Source of the DNA: Salpingoeca rosetta
Lineage: Eukaryota > Protista > Choanoflagellata
Assembly: GCA_033442325.1 (NCBI GenBank)
Contig: JAWQFM010000007.1
Location: 2,110,208 to 2,174,207 of the forward strand
Reading direction: 5' to 3'
DNA: 64,000 nt
Part shown: positions 45,714 through 58,664 of the stretch, in pieces
Layout: every line of letters begins with the position of its first letter
Numbering within the stretch: the stretch's first letter is position 1
Notes under the pieces: generated by a model
Told to the model about the DNA's origin: nothing
What the model saw: the letters and a program-made list of their open reading frames with translations, nothing else
Databases searched by the model: none
Translations under genes and position numbers: made by a program

Positions 45714-46384
45714 AGTGCGACGGCGCGCGCCACCTTGCGCACGGCTGCGTCGTCCATCTCCATCGGCCAGTCGTCCGACCGCCGCATGTCGTCGCTCAGC
45801 ACCGGCGCAAACTCAACGTCCTCAGAGTCAACCTCGGGCACGCGCACATCCTCCCGCTCCTCTTCCTGCTCGTGTCCGCGCGTCTCAAACGGAAACGTCC
45901 GGTTGAACCCAAACCGGCAGTTCTCCCCAGTGCAGCCCGTGTTGTGCCCCATGTCGCGCTCCTTGTCGCTGCTACCGCTGCCATCGCTCGCGTGCCCATC
46001 GTTGGCGCTGCTTTCTTTGCCATCAACGGTGCTGCTTTCACCGCCGTCATCGTTGCCATTTGCCAGCCTCCTTCTCTCCTCCTCCGCTTCCTCTTGCTCC
46101 TCCTTAAGCCATTGCGCCTGCATCACCCGCCGCTCGGCGTCATATCGCAGCCGCTGCGCCGACACCCGATACCGCGTGCGCACCGTCTCCGCCCGCTTCG
46201 ATATCCGCTGCGCAATCACCGAGTGTGCGGCCAGATGCAGGAAGAACTGCAGCCGCACGTCGCCCTCCTCCTGCTCCTTGTGCTNNNNNNNNNNNNNNNN
46301 NNNNNNNNNNNNNNNNNNNNNNNNNNNNNNNNNNNNNNNNNNNNNNNNNNNNNNNNNNNNNNNNNNNNNNNNNNNNNNNNNNNN

Positions 46385-46446
<62 letters not shown>

Positions 46447-46454
46447 CACACACA

Positions 46455-46508
<54 letters not shown>

Positions 46509-48159
46509 GCACGCACGCACACACACGCACACACACATCAGACACACACCAGGATGAGGTCGATGGCAGCTGGGGTGGCGGGTACGGCACGGAAATCACG
46601 GCGCTTCCACTTGGGAAACCGCGTCTGTACCCGAAAGCACAAGAAGTATACAGAGAAGAGGTGACCACACAATCGCGCAAGCGAGCATGAACACATTTGC
46701 ACACACACGCATACACATTTGCACACACAATTATTCACATACACAGTTGCACACACATGTACTCGCATACACATTTGCGCACGCATATGTACTCGCACGC
46801 GCGCACACGCATGAACACACACACACATATGCACACAAAATGCACGAGTTCACAATCACGCATGCTTGGAACGCACGGAGAAGGCGGGGAGGCGAGCGAG
46901 CGCGGGCGCTGTCTCGCGTGTGGGCGTGCCAAGGTACTGGAAGATGATAAACAGCTGGCCAATCTCACACTCTTTCGCGAACATGTGCGGATGCATGAAC
47001 AAGTCGAGGAACACGCAACCAAACGCCCACATGTCGACGGCCTGCCCATAATACTTGGCGCCAAGCAGCAGCTCTGGCGCTCTGTACTGGAGCGCGTATG
47101 TCTGGTGAACGCAAGAAAATGGCCATAAGGGGCACGGACGAGTCGACAGAACAAACAGGGGCCATGAGGTGTGGCGTTTCTCGTGGAGCAGACAACGCGT
47201 GGTGTCAAACACATACACGCACACACGCACACACGCATACAAGCACAAACACACGCACAAACACACGCACAAGCCCACATGTACACGCAGCACGCACTAA
47301 CACACACACTAACACACGCATGCGGGTTGTGTCGCACCTTTGTGGGATTTTGGTGCAACGGAAGGTGGAGTGGGCGTGCGTTGTGAAAGCCGGCGAGCTT
47401 GAGTGTGCCTGTTACGGTGAGGAGAATGTTGTCTGGCCAGACACCACAATGAACAAGGCCATGGCTGTGACAGCAGTTGAGAGCTTGCAACAGCTGTCGG
47501 CACCACTGGTGGGCTGTCTTGTGATGGACCGTGTCTGCGTTTGCTTCCAAGAACTGGGCGAGGCTTGCCACACACGGCTCAAACACGATGGCAACTTGCT
47601 TCGACGTGGTGATCCAGTCCACCACCCTGTCCATGCGAGCAAGTGAACAGTTGTGAGAGGTAAAGTGGCTGTGGTTGTGGTTGTGGCTATGGTATGGGTG
47701 CGGTTGTGCTTGTGGCTGTGGTTGTGGCTGTAGTTGTCGCTATGGTTGTGGTTGTGGTTGTGGCTGTGGATGTTGGCGTGAGCGCCATCAGCGGGAGAGC
47801 AGTGCCCCGTCCCTTCGCTCGATGATGGTTTGTGTCGAAGCGTCTTGTGATTTGAGTGGTGGAAACTGGACAGAGGAAGTGCGCCACAAGTGTCAATCGA
47901 CAGACGATGTGAGGAGGCGCGATGGGACTTACGAGATGATGTTTTCGTGGGCAACGTCTTGGAGGATGCCGAGTTCCCGTAAACACCGCTCGTCAAGGCC
48001 GTGGCGGTTGAAGTCGTTCTCGTACAGTTTCAGCAACACAAGCTCGCCTGTCTTTCGTGACTTGGCCTTGTACATGGGCACGTCCGATGGCCACAGGACG
48101 CGCCGGAACTTGTGATACGCCTGCACGATTGCCTCCACATGCTGCACACCATCAGCCAT
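45599..48159 (-). CDS. CDK-like probable pseudokinase; charged/poly-Asp tail beyond the gap is probably the same gene
   Basis: YKAKSRKTGELVLLK, GLDERCLRELGIL..HENII, LVHCGVWPDNILL, LKLAGFHNAR, LQYRAPELLLGAKYY..VDMWAFGCVF, CEIGQLFIIFQYLGTP, FPKWKR. Linkage of the 45599-46284 exon across the gap is inferred. Confidence 0.8.
46285..46384. other. Assembly gap (100 N)
   Basis: Run of N. Confidence 0.99.
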
Positions 48160-48216
48160 GATGAACAGACACAGGGTTGTGTGCTGATGTGTGTGTGTGT
48201 GTGTGTGTGTGTGCTG

Positions 48217-48271
<55 letters not shown>

Positions 48272-48281
48272 AGCGTGTTGG

Positions 48282-48319
48282 TGGCGGGAAGTCGTGTGGT
48301 TCTTTCGAGTTGGCGGGAA
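48282..48319 (-). promoter_or_regulatory. Two E2F-like TTCCCGCCA sites upstream of the CDK-like gene
   Basis: TGGCGGGAA at 48282-48290 and 48311-48319 on the + strand. Confidence 0.4.
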
Positions 48320-48688
48320 CTGAGTGGCGACTGAATTCAGTGTGAAGGAAACTGGCTTGCTTTGGCAAAGGAAAAGTGGAAGGAAAGGAAACAAGGACGA
48401 CGGGAAGAAGGAACCAAACAACTGTGGAGCGTAACGATAACGGGGGAAACACACACAACACAGAACAGGGGAAGCAACAGCAGTAGGTGGTGATGACGAT
48501 GGTGATGATGATGAGGGTACAGCGAAACACAGCGTGAATTGGAATCAGGAGGGGAGACTTTGATTGACAAACAGTGTGAGAGCGCGCGCGTGCGTGCTTG
48601 TGTGCGTGTGTGCGTGTGTGTGTGTGTGCGTGTGAGCGTGTGTGTGCGTGTGAGCTTTCCTAAGGTCGTTGTTGTTGTTGTTGTTGCG

Positions 48689-49452
48689 TCACTTGTGGGC
48701 AGCAATCTCATCCAGCGAGACGCGCTTGAGGCTGTTGGCGGGCATGTACTTCCACGCCGGCCGGTCCGCTGTCAGCATCAGCACAGAGAGACGGATGCGG
48801 GGTGCAACATGTGGCGGTGGCAGTGGGATGGCGTGAACAAGGCATGTCAAGAACAGTCGAAACGAGAGGAGAAGCGGAGGGAAGTTGTGTGGAGAAAAGC
48901 CATCGCGCTTATGTTTGGCACACAATTGAGGCAGGCACATAGCAGGAAGAAGGCACACGACAGGAAGATGGCAAGCGCAGACGAAAACTTACGGCGCACA
49001 TCGCCCGTCTCGTCCTTGACGTCGAGGTACCCCGGCACGTGTCCCTGCACGCACACACACGGCATGGCAGGTAGCGATGAGCACGGTGAAGACAATGCAC
49101 ATGTGTATGCACGTACATGTATGGGTGTTGCGTGTTGCGTGTGTAAAAGTACGGGTGTGGTTTGTATGTATGAGTACGTCACGTTTGTGTGTATGACCAC
49201 GTGTGTGTTGTGTACATGAGTGAGTGTGGTGTGTGTGTGTGTGTGGGGGGGGGGGTTGAGCGTGCTGCATACCCGAACAGCGCGGCGAATGTGGTCGACG
49301 TTGTTGAGTTTGCGCACAAGCTCGCTCTTGTCTTCAACCTCAAGATCCTGCACCAAACAGCAACAGGTGAGCACGGCAATGCTCAAGACAATGTTCAAGT
49401 GCTCCACACCACTTTCTCCGCATGTGCGTGTGTGTGTGTGTGTGTGCGTGCG

Positions 49453-49551
<99 letters not shown>

Positions 49552-49647
49552 ACGGACGTCATCTGAAAGCGGCGGGAGGGCGTCGACGTGCTGGTATTGC
49601 GACCGGATCTCGTCCACCGGCAGCGAGTCGTAGGCCGGGTCCTGTAG

Positions 49648-49681
<34 letters not shown>

Positions 49682-51314
49682 CACAACACAACACAACACA
49701 ACACAACACAACACAACACAACACAACACAACACAACACAACACAACACAACACAACACAACACAACACAACACAACACAACACAACACAACACAACACA
49801 CATATGTGAGCATCATCATTAGTATCATCACCAGTAGTTGCTGATAACAGGGAGCGTGTGAACAAAAGCACAATGCGAGAGCAACGTGCAACGTACAACC
49901 GCAGCAAAGACTGCCACGCCAACACTTGGTCGCCAACGTACGCTTTCCCGCTGTGGCTCCGTGTACATTGGGTTGGAGTACCCAAGGTCCGGCTGGGATG
50001 TGTTTTGCGTGTGATGTGAGTTGGATGCATTGCGACGCACGACTACCACCACGCCGGAATGCAGTGTGCATCATCACCACGCCGGAATGCAGTGTGCATC
50101 ATCACCACGCAACTCCCCCCCCCAAAACAAACAGCACCACAGCACCACACCCCTCCCGTCGGTTCAGCCAAGCCACCTGCGGGGCGTGTGTCTCGCCGTA
50201 TTGCCCCTCATCCGGCAGCAGCGACGGCTCCCCATATCCGGGCTCGTCGGGCTCGCCGTACACATTCTCCTGTGTGTGTGTGATTTTGTGTGTGTGTCAC
50301 GTCCATACATACGCACGCACGCACACGCACGCACACGCACGCACACGCACGCACACGCACGCACACGCACGCACACGCACGCGCACGCACGCACACGCAC
50401 GCACACGCACGCGCAGGCGGCAAAGCGCTTGGTAAGGTGTTACCAGCCCGCCACACCACAGACACCAACGAGTGGCACGTACCGCGAGCAGTGCCTGCGG
50501 GTTGTCGTATGGCTGTCACAATCGGAGATGGTGTGCGTGGATGCGAGGGTGAGGGTGGTGAGATGTGTCGGCGAGAGGGTGTGGTGAATAAACACGACAA
50601 CAATGCAACACACAAGCAAAAGCGTAACAAGGGCAAGCTGCACGTTAATACTGCACGTGAATGGAAATGCATGAAGATAAGTGCAAGTACGCAAGCAAAA
50701 GCAAGTACAACATCGTGCATACGTGGTCGTGTTTGATGCGCTGCGGGGCGGAGGGCAGGCTGCTGGGGTTGTCGTAGGGCTGCACACAACATCACACGAG
50801 CACACGGACACGAACAGGGTTGTTGTTGGTTCAGTTGTTGTTTAAGTTGTTGTTGTTGTGAGTTCATTTTTTGAACGCGCATGTTCATGTGCATGTGCAT
50901 GTTCAAGTGCATGTGTGCATGTGCATGTGAAACATGTCGATGCATGCCCCGCATGAGCCCACCCTGCCCCTCTACACATGCAAACTCACGTTCTCGACGG
51001 TCTAAACGCGCACCCGGATTCGCAGGCAGCAGCGTGGTAGCGCGCAGAGTTGAGGAGTGAGAGGGGAGCAGAGGAGCAAGCACACACAAAACAAACCACA
51101 CACATCACCACACAAAGAACCAAAACACCCAAGCAACGAACAAACAAACAAACAAACAAACAAACAAACACACAAACAAACAAACAAACACACAAACAAA
51201 CAAACAAACAAACAAACAAACAACAACACGAACCGGGTTCTTCTTGCGGCGAACGGACGGCTCCGTGACGATGTACTGGTCGTCATCCTGTACGCACAAC
51301 GCAGCCACGTGTGT

Positions 51315-51404
<90 letters not shown>

Positions 51405-51637
51405 AGGTGGGGATCGCCGTGTCTATGTACAAGGACGACGCATGCCGCCGTGTGTGTATGCCTGTATATGTGCGTGCACATGCGATTACATTACGGCAAC
51501 CACCACCATCATCACCACCCCGCAACCAACAGATGGCTTCGCTTCGTTCCCCTCTGCTGTCCCCTCCTGCACACGTGAACGCGAACACGTGCGCAGGCAG
51601 CAAGGAGGGGGGGGGTGATCGTGGTGTGCATGTGTGC

Positions 51638-51688
<51 letters not shown>

Positions 51689-52272
51689 TTTGTTTGTTGC
51701 GTATGCGCGCGCGATGATGGTTTCAGTGCAAGCAACGCAAGTATGTACAGCGTGGTGAGTGAAACAGTTCCAAATCACATGACAATCGTGACCAGACGAT
51801 ACAAATGCCTAATGCCTATTGCCTAATGCACAGTGTCCTAAATGTCGTCTCAATCCATACCACCACCACCCCTCACCACCTTCTCTACGGGTTCAGCCCC
51901 ATGACAAAGCGAGGGCATGCCGATATGTACAAGAACTCGAACCACCGCCTCAAAGTGACTATTGCGACGAACTACCACACGCAAGGAGCGCATGTGCATG
52001 CGCGTGCGTATGCGTGTGTGTGTGTGTGTGTGTTTGTATGTGTGTGTTGGCGTATGTGTAAGTGTGCATGAGTGTGAGTGCACAACTCACCACTTCGAAG
52101 TAGGTGTTGTCCAGCTCGCGTGCGCGCTGCTGCTCCCGGCTCAACGACGCATACGTCTGCCGCAGCACGCGTGGTGGGTGTGTGTGTGTGTGTGTGTGCG
52201 GGTGTGTGTGTGTGTGTGTGTGTGCATAGAGTGTGAGCGTTCAGGCGGCGCTTTGTGCGAGCATAACACTGG

Positions 52273-52303
<31 letters not shown>

Positions 52304-52650
52304 CACACTCTCTTTTATCTCACTCACTCATACGTGCACACACACACACACGGTCCCAACAGCAGCAGCAAGAGCCATGCGGGTGTGCACGTACGGGGTC
52401 GGCTGCTGGAATTCTTTCGTAGATGCTCTTGTCTGCAGCCTTGGCCTGATATGGGCGGTCATATGTGTTGTCCTTCTTCTTCTGCTGCTGCGACCCCTGC
52501 GTCCGTTGTCACAATGGGGTGAGTAACGTTGGTGTGCTGAATGAAAAACAGACACACAGACAAACAAGACAGACAAGACAAGACAGACAAACCAAGACAG
52601 GCAAGACAAGACAGGCAAGACAAGACAGACAAAACAAGACGGACAGACAG

Positions 52651-52682
<32 letters not shown>

Positions 52683-53233
52683 GTAGTGTGCGTGCACAAA
52701 ACACCGGTCGCGTACATTTGCGAGGACGAATGCCTGGCCGAACGTTTCCAACACTTCGTCGCTCAGTTGCCCGCAATCAAAGACGAAGCACTCTAGGTCC
52801 ATCACAACAAAAACGAGGACACAGACACACATTGCAAACGCATGAGTGTGCGAGCGCATGTGAGGTTGCGACATGTACATATTGGTGTGCACGTGCTCAG
52901 CTTTGCTGCAAGTGTATGTGCGTGTGCATGGGTATGTGTATGTGCGTTTGTATGTGCGTGCGTGTGTGTGTGTGCGAGGGACTGTGCACGTGCCGTCAGC
53001 TGCGTGGCCGCGCACCTCTGAGACCGACGTCGTTCTTGCCGACGTAGCAGATGAGCTCATAGTCGTCGTCTTCGCCGCCCGCCGCCAGCGAAATGAACCG
53101 CATGGGGCTGAACTGCAGCATCTGTGTGTGGGGGGATGGCAAGCAAACGAACGAAACCGGGCAGATGTGTTGAGATGACGAGTGGGTCGAGGGTTGCAGG
53201 AGACACATAGGAAGGTACCGAACACAACATGTA

Positions 53234-53275
<42 letters not shown>

Positions 53276-53748
53276 TGTATGTGTGCAGGGGCAATATAAC
53301 CGGCAGGGATGCCGTACTTTTCATGCTTTGTACGTACCCCCACTTCGACGTAGTCGCCCGTGTCGTCCTTCTGCTCGCAGTAGACAGCATCCAACAGCAC
53401 ATGCAGGAGTGAGCAAAGGAACAAGGCTGCTGGGAAACATGTGACAGAGAGTGAGCGAGTGAGTGAGAGTGAGAGAGTGTGTGTGTGTGTGTGAGTGAGT
53501 AAGAGGTCAGTGTGTGCGCACGTGCCTGGACGGGGACGATCATGAGGCCGTCGGAGGAGATGTTGAGGTTGACGTCCACCTCGGCAGGCGTGACGGGGCC
53601 AGACAGGTACTTGCTCAGATACCCGGGCGAGATCTGTGACTGCGGCTTGCGAAGACCAACTCGCGTGGCAACCGTGTGGATCAGGTCGCTGCAAACGGCC
53701 CACAATTGCGTATGGGTTGCGTGAAGAGTTGCGTGTACGTGACAGAGA

Positions 53749-53790
<42 letters not shown>

Positions 53791-54594
53791 CAAGTGGTGC
53801 GTGACAAGTGGTGCGTTAGAGGTGTGTGTGTGTGTGTAGCGTTGCATGAGGTACATGGTATGAAGAGAAGCGAGCAGAGGCGAACGGAGCGGTGAGCAGC
53901 ACACAGGTGTGCACCAAGCGGCCTCCGCGAGCAAGCTTGCGGCGCGTCTCACTCACCGCATCAGCGCTGTTTGATCGATGACGCTCAATGGGCGAAGGGA
54001 CTGCGAAACGACAATGGATCCCACATACTGCCACACCAAACGAAACGGGTCAAGAAACAGAAAAATAAAGGTGTGAGGAAGCGAGCGCACACACATGTGC
54101 ATATGTGCACAGGTGCACGCACATGTGCAAGCTCATACACACATGTGCATTTACACACTTATGTGCATTTGCACAAACATGTGTATTTGCACACATATTC
54201 ATGCACGATCACACACACACACACACAGAAAAAGGGTTGCAACAGTGCTGCTGTCATCACAACCACTGCTGTCATCACAACCACTGCACAACACTATTGG
54301 CCGCGCACGTACCACGACGGGAAAGCTGTAGAACAGTCCCTGTCCTGCACTCAGCGGAGTATCGTCGTGGAGCCAGCCTGAACCAATGACATTTGACAGC
54401 GAATGAGTGAGTGAGTGAGTGTGTGAGTGTGTGTGTGTCTCCTCAGGCAAACGTCAACACTTCAACACACAATGGTGACGCTACGAATCACCCGACCGAT
54501 CCAAAGACCGCTCCCCCCGCCCCCGCCCCTTCCTTCTCTCCTCTCCTCTTCTCCTCTCTTTGCCTCTCCTCCAACCTGACTCAGGCTTGTCCAT
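48689..54594 (-). CDS. Shc-type PTB-domain adaptor with tyrosine-rich tail and no SH2 domain, about 19 exons
   Basis: MDKPES|GWLHDD..SFPVV|YLGSIVVSQSLRPL..|MRFISLAAGGEDDDYELICYVGK..|ECFVFDCG..DEVLETFGQAFVL parallels the Shc PTB (GWLH..YMGCVEVLQSMR..ISFASGG..YVAK..TIGQAFEL). Tail exons end ..SLDEIAAHK*. Confidence 0.85.
49679..49800. repeat. (CAACA)n pentanucleotide microsatellite, intronic
   Basis: Tandem acaac units adjoining a (CA)n tract. The complementary unit occurs at about 32474-32540. Confidence 0.9.
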
Positions 54595-54865
54595 GAACGA
54601 GTGGTCTCTGCGGCGAGAACCCATGATGTGATGTGATGGTCTTCAGATGAGGTCGTCAGAGATGGGATGGTGGTGGCACACACAACAACAGAGTCGCGGA
54701 GTGGGCCCGTCGCGGAGTGTTAATGTCGACACCACATAAAGTAGTAACACAAACACGACTGGCTGTGAGAGAGCGCGCGAGAGAGTGGTGTTGGTTGTTG
54801 TTGTCCTCTGCTACACCCGTTGTCCCTCCCTCCCTCCCTCTGCACCACCCTCCATCTGTCGTTTG

Positions 54866-54945
54866 ATGATGGCTGACCAGACGGCATCCACTGCCGCTGC
54901 CTCCGGCGGCGAACGACCCATGCGCCTTCTCTCTGTTCAAGGTGT

Positions 54946-54998
<53 letters not shown>

Positions 54999-56200
54999 GG
55001 GGTGAAGAAATCGTTCTTCCTGGCTTGATGGAATATGCCACTGCGGTTGTGCAGTGCTGCTTGTTGTTGTTGTTGTTGCTGGTATTGGTTGTGTTGTGTG
55101 TTGATCCCGCGTGTCTGGTGCGCCACTACCGGGTCGTTGTCCCTATACATCCTTTGCCCGTTGTGGGTGCGCCTGTGTGCATGCGCGATTGCTCACTTCA
55201 AGTGTCCACCACGATACCGAATCGCTGGCTGTGTTGATGATCTGTTGCCAGATCTGCGCACGCTGGCCCAAGAGGACAGCACATCACAGTTGCTGCAAGA
55301 GTTTGAGCGCATCCCAACCTTCATGGCCTCCCCGGCTGATATCCCAGATGGCACTGGCCCAAAGAACAGATGTGCGTACTGTGGTGCTTGGCATCTTCTC
55401 CCACACCCCTAGTTGCTTTGTGTTCTGCCCGTTGCGAAGCGTGCACACGATCTTTGGGTTATTGTATGCTTTGCAAGCACACGCTGTTTTGGGCTTGTGC
55501 TTGCGCCCTACTCATGTCTCGCATCACACTGCGCTGCCTTCTCGCGCTTTTCCGTTGCAAACCATACCATCATCGCGTCTGCAGATGTGAACGTGCTGCC
55601 CAGCCCGCACTCCCGGGTGAATCTGGGAAAAGTCGGCTCCGACCACACATCGACAGTACGTTGCTTGTGTTGTCCTGTGTGTGTGTGTGTGCGGTTGTGT
55701 TCGTCTGCCTGTCTGTCTGCCTGTATGTCTGTCTCTGTCTTTGTCTCTGCCTTGTGTGTCTGTGTGTGTGCGATCTGAGCAATGGCACTCCGCTGCGTTC
55801 GATGTCACATCAACACCACCATTTTACTCCGCTTTGTTTTGCCTCTGATGTGCAACTGACTTGCCCCGGCGTCTTCATTTGCACACGACGATGGCGTATG
55901 TGACATCGTGCTGATATTGGTTTGCAGTACATCAACGCCAACTTTGTCACCGGTTACAACCATGCCGAGAACACATACATCGCCGCACAAGGCCCAAAGG
56001 CCAACACCATCTGGGACTTCTGGTGCGTGTGCCTGTGTGTGTGTGTGTGTGTCTGTTTGTTTGGGGGTATGTCTGCCTTGCATGTCTGTGTGTCTGTGAG
56101 CGTGCGTGTCTGCGTGCGTGTTTGTCTTCCTGTGCACGACTGTGCTTGCGTGTGTGCAAGCTGACAGGCTTGCTAACTCAATTGATTTACCTCTTGTCCC

Positions 56201-56237
<37 letters not shown>

Positions 56238-56765
56238 GGTTTCCTATGTGTTGTTTTGCAGGCGCATGATCTGGGAGCACAAGTGCAGGATAATTGTGAT
56301 GATGACGGGGCTGAGGGAGAACGGCCGTGCAAAATGCGACAAGTACTGGCCAGATATTGGGGAGACCATGACAGACAAGACCACGTTCACAGTACGCACG
56401 CACATGGAGCTCGTGTGTGTTTGTGCGTGTGTTTGTGCGTGTGCGTATGTGTGTGTGTATGTGTGTATGTGTGTGTGTGAATGTTTACATGTGTTTACAT
56501 ATGTGTTTACATGTGTGTATGAATGTTTACATACATGTGTGATTGTTTACGCGTGTGAATGTGCAAGCGCGGTCGTTGGTCCGTCCTGTTCCTATGGACC
56601 GCCGAGCTCGCTGCTTGATTGTGACGTGTGTGCCTGTGCTCTCCCATCCCGCGATGTGGCAACAGGTGCGGACGGTGGAGGACGTGGACTGTGAGGACTA
56701 CGTGCTGACGACGTTCAGCCTGCAGCACATCCCCTCGGGCGAAACCGTCAACATCTCCCACTACT

Positions 56766-56801
<36 letters not shown>

Positions 56802-56906
56802 GCGCACGTTCGCTTTGGGGAACATGGCGAGGGAGGTTGGCCATCGCAAGGGAATGTCGGAGGAGAATTGATGTCTTGTTTGCACGCCTGAAGACTCAAC
56901 ACACGT

Positions 56907-56940
<34 letters not shown>

Positions 56941-57381
56941 TATCGGCTTGTGCCACTGCCTCGTCCGCCATCGCAGGTTCACCAGCTGGCCCGACCACGG
57001 TGTGCCTGACGAGACGTGGCCTGTGCTTGACTTTGTGGGCGCCGTTCGCAAGCACGCGAACCATTCGCACGACGCCGCGCCCATTGTTGTCCACTGTAGC
57101 GCAGGCATCGGCCGCACAGGTCCGACTTGTGCGTATGTGTGCATGTATGTATGTATGTGTGTGCACATGTTTTTCGATTGGGGCATGCACTGTTTTGCTA
57201 CGTTGAGTCGTTTGATTGACGTCGTCATCACACACACACACACACATGCACACGTGAGCAGGCACCTTCATGTGTTTGGACATCTGCATGCAAGAGTTGC
57301 AGAGCGAATGGCGGTGCGTTGTCTGTCGACACCGTCTGATCGCCAGTGCATGTACTGCTTCCCTGTAGCTCAAACGCGCCT

Positions 57382-57477
<96 letters not shown>

Positions 57478-58608
57478 CGAGTAACCTCTGATCACACGCA
57501 CACACACACATACACGCACACACATGCCGTGTGATGATGGCACTGGCGTGCAGGGTGTGCGATGTGTTTGGCACCGTGTACCGCATGCGTCAGGAACGCG
57601 GTGGTGCTGTTCAGACAGGCGTCCAGTACACATTCATCCACAAGGTCCACATGCCCATCTTGTTTCCGTGTGTGCCCCGTTGTATCTCCCTCCTTGCCCG
57701 CCCTGTTTCCTCTCAATCCCCAGCAGCCGGGATCTGTGCTCACACTGTGCTGGCTGTATCCCCCCGCCACTCTGCGTGGCCTTTGAATGCGCCCTGGACA
57801 CCATGCGAGCAGGCGTTGTATGATTACGTCACGCCTGGCCACCCAAAGTCCATGTTTGGAAGCAACATGCCAAGGTGTGCGTGTGTGCGCGTGTATTGTG
57901 TGCGTACGCGCACATGTGTGTGTTCATGCTTGACTGGTCGTCCATTCATCCTCCGCTCTTCTTCATACTGCATGCTTCTGCTGCTGCAATCCTCACCTCC
58001 GCCTCCGTCCATCACCACGCTCTCTCCTCTTCGTTCTCCCTTTGTTTCCTCTTCGTTCCTCTTCGTTCCTCCCTTCCCCCGGCTGCCAGGGACGTTGGGC
58101 TGATCAAGCCGTCTGGCGGCAGCTTTGGCTTCACCCTCCGCGGGTCCTGCCCGCCGTTTGTTGTCAAGCTCGACAAGCACGGCATCGCAAAGGCAAACGT
58201 ACGCTCCTCTCCTTTATTTTGTGTGTGTGTGTGTGTGTGCGTGTGTGCGTGTGTGTGTGTCTATGTGTGTGTGCAGACGATCACGCTGGCTCAGATGCCG
58301 CCCCTGCGTCCAGTGCCATGGAACCACGCTCGTACCTTGCCCCTTTTTCTCTTCACTACACAGCACGCACGTGCACACATTAGCACACCATGTGCGCGTT
58401 CAACATCCACGCCCGCATATTGTTGAATCCTCACGCTGTGTCTTTTCGTTGCGTGCGGGTGTGGCAGGGCATCAAGCTTGCCGATCATTTGCTCGCCGTG
58501 AACCAGCAAGACACCAGCACAATGGAGCACACGCAGGTGGTGGAGCTGATCCGAAACTCAGGCGATGTCGTCACCCTCACCGTCATCTCAAAGGCCCCAA
58601 TCGCATAG
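54866..58608 (+). CDS. Non-receptor classical protein tyrosine phosphatase with C-terminal PDZ domain
   Basis: KNR|YVNV, YINAN, YIAAQGP..DFW|[28 protein letters not shown]|[17 protein letters not shown], then PDZ ([36 protein letters not shown]). Confidence 0.94.
57384..57473. repeat. (CT)n microsatellite in a PTP intron
   Basis: Pure CT run. Confidence 0.9.
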
Positions 58609-58626
58609 CCCTATCGTGTCACTCCC

Positions 58627-58664
<38 letters not shown>

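Noticed and set aside
50046-50109. 28-bp direct repeat (CACCACGCCGGAATGCAGTGTGCATCAT x2), CRISPR-like in length
   Set aside because: The copies are adjacent with no spacers, in a eukaryotic intron with no cas genes. It is a simple tandem duplication, like the 18-bp one near 54248-54287.
57121-57553. Seemingly missing helix after the [12 protein letters not shown] motif
   Set aside because: Found as a small exon at about 57262-57313 ([18 protein letters not shown]), so the domain is complete.
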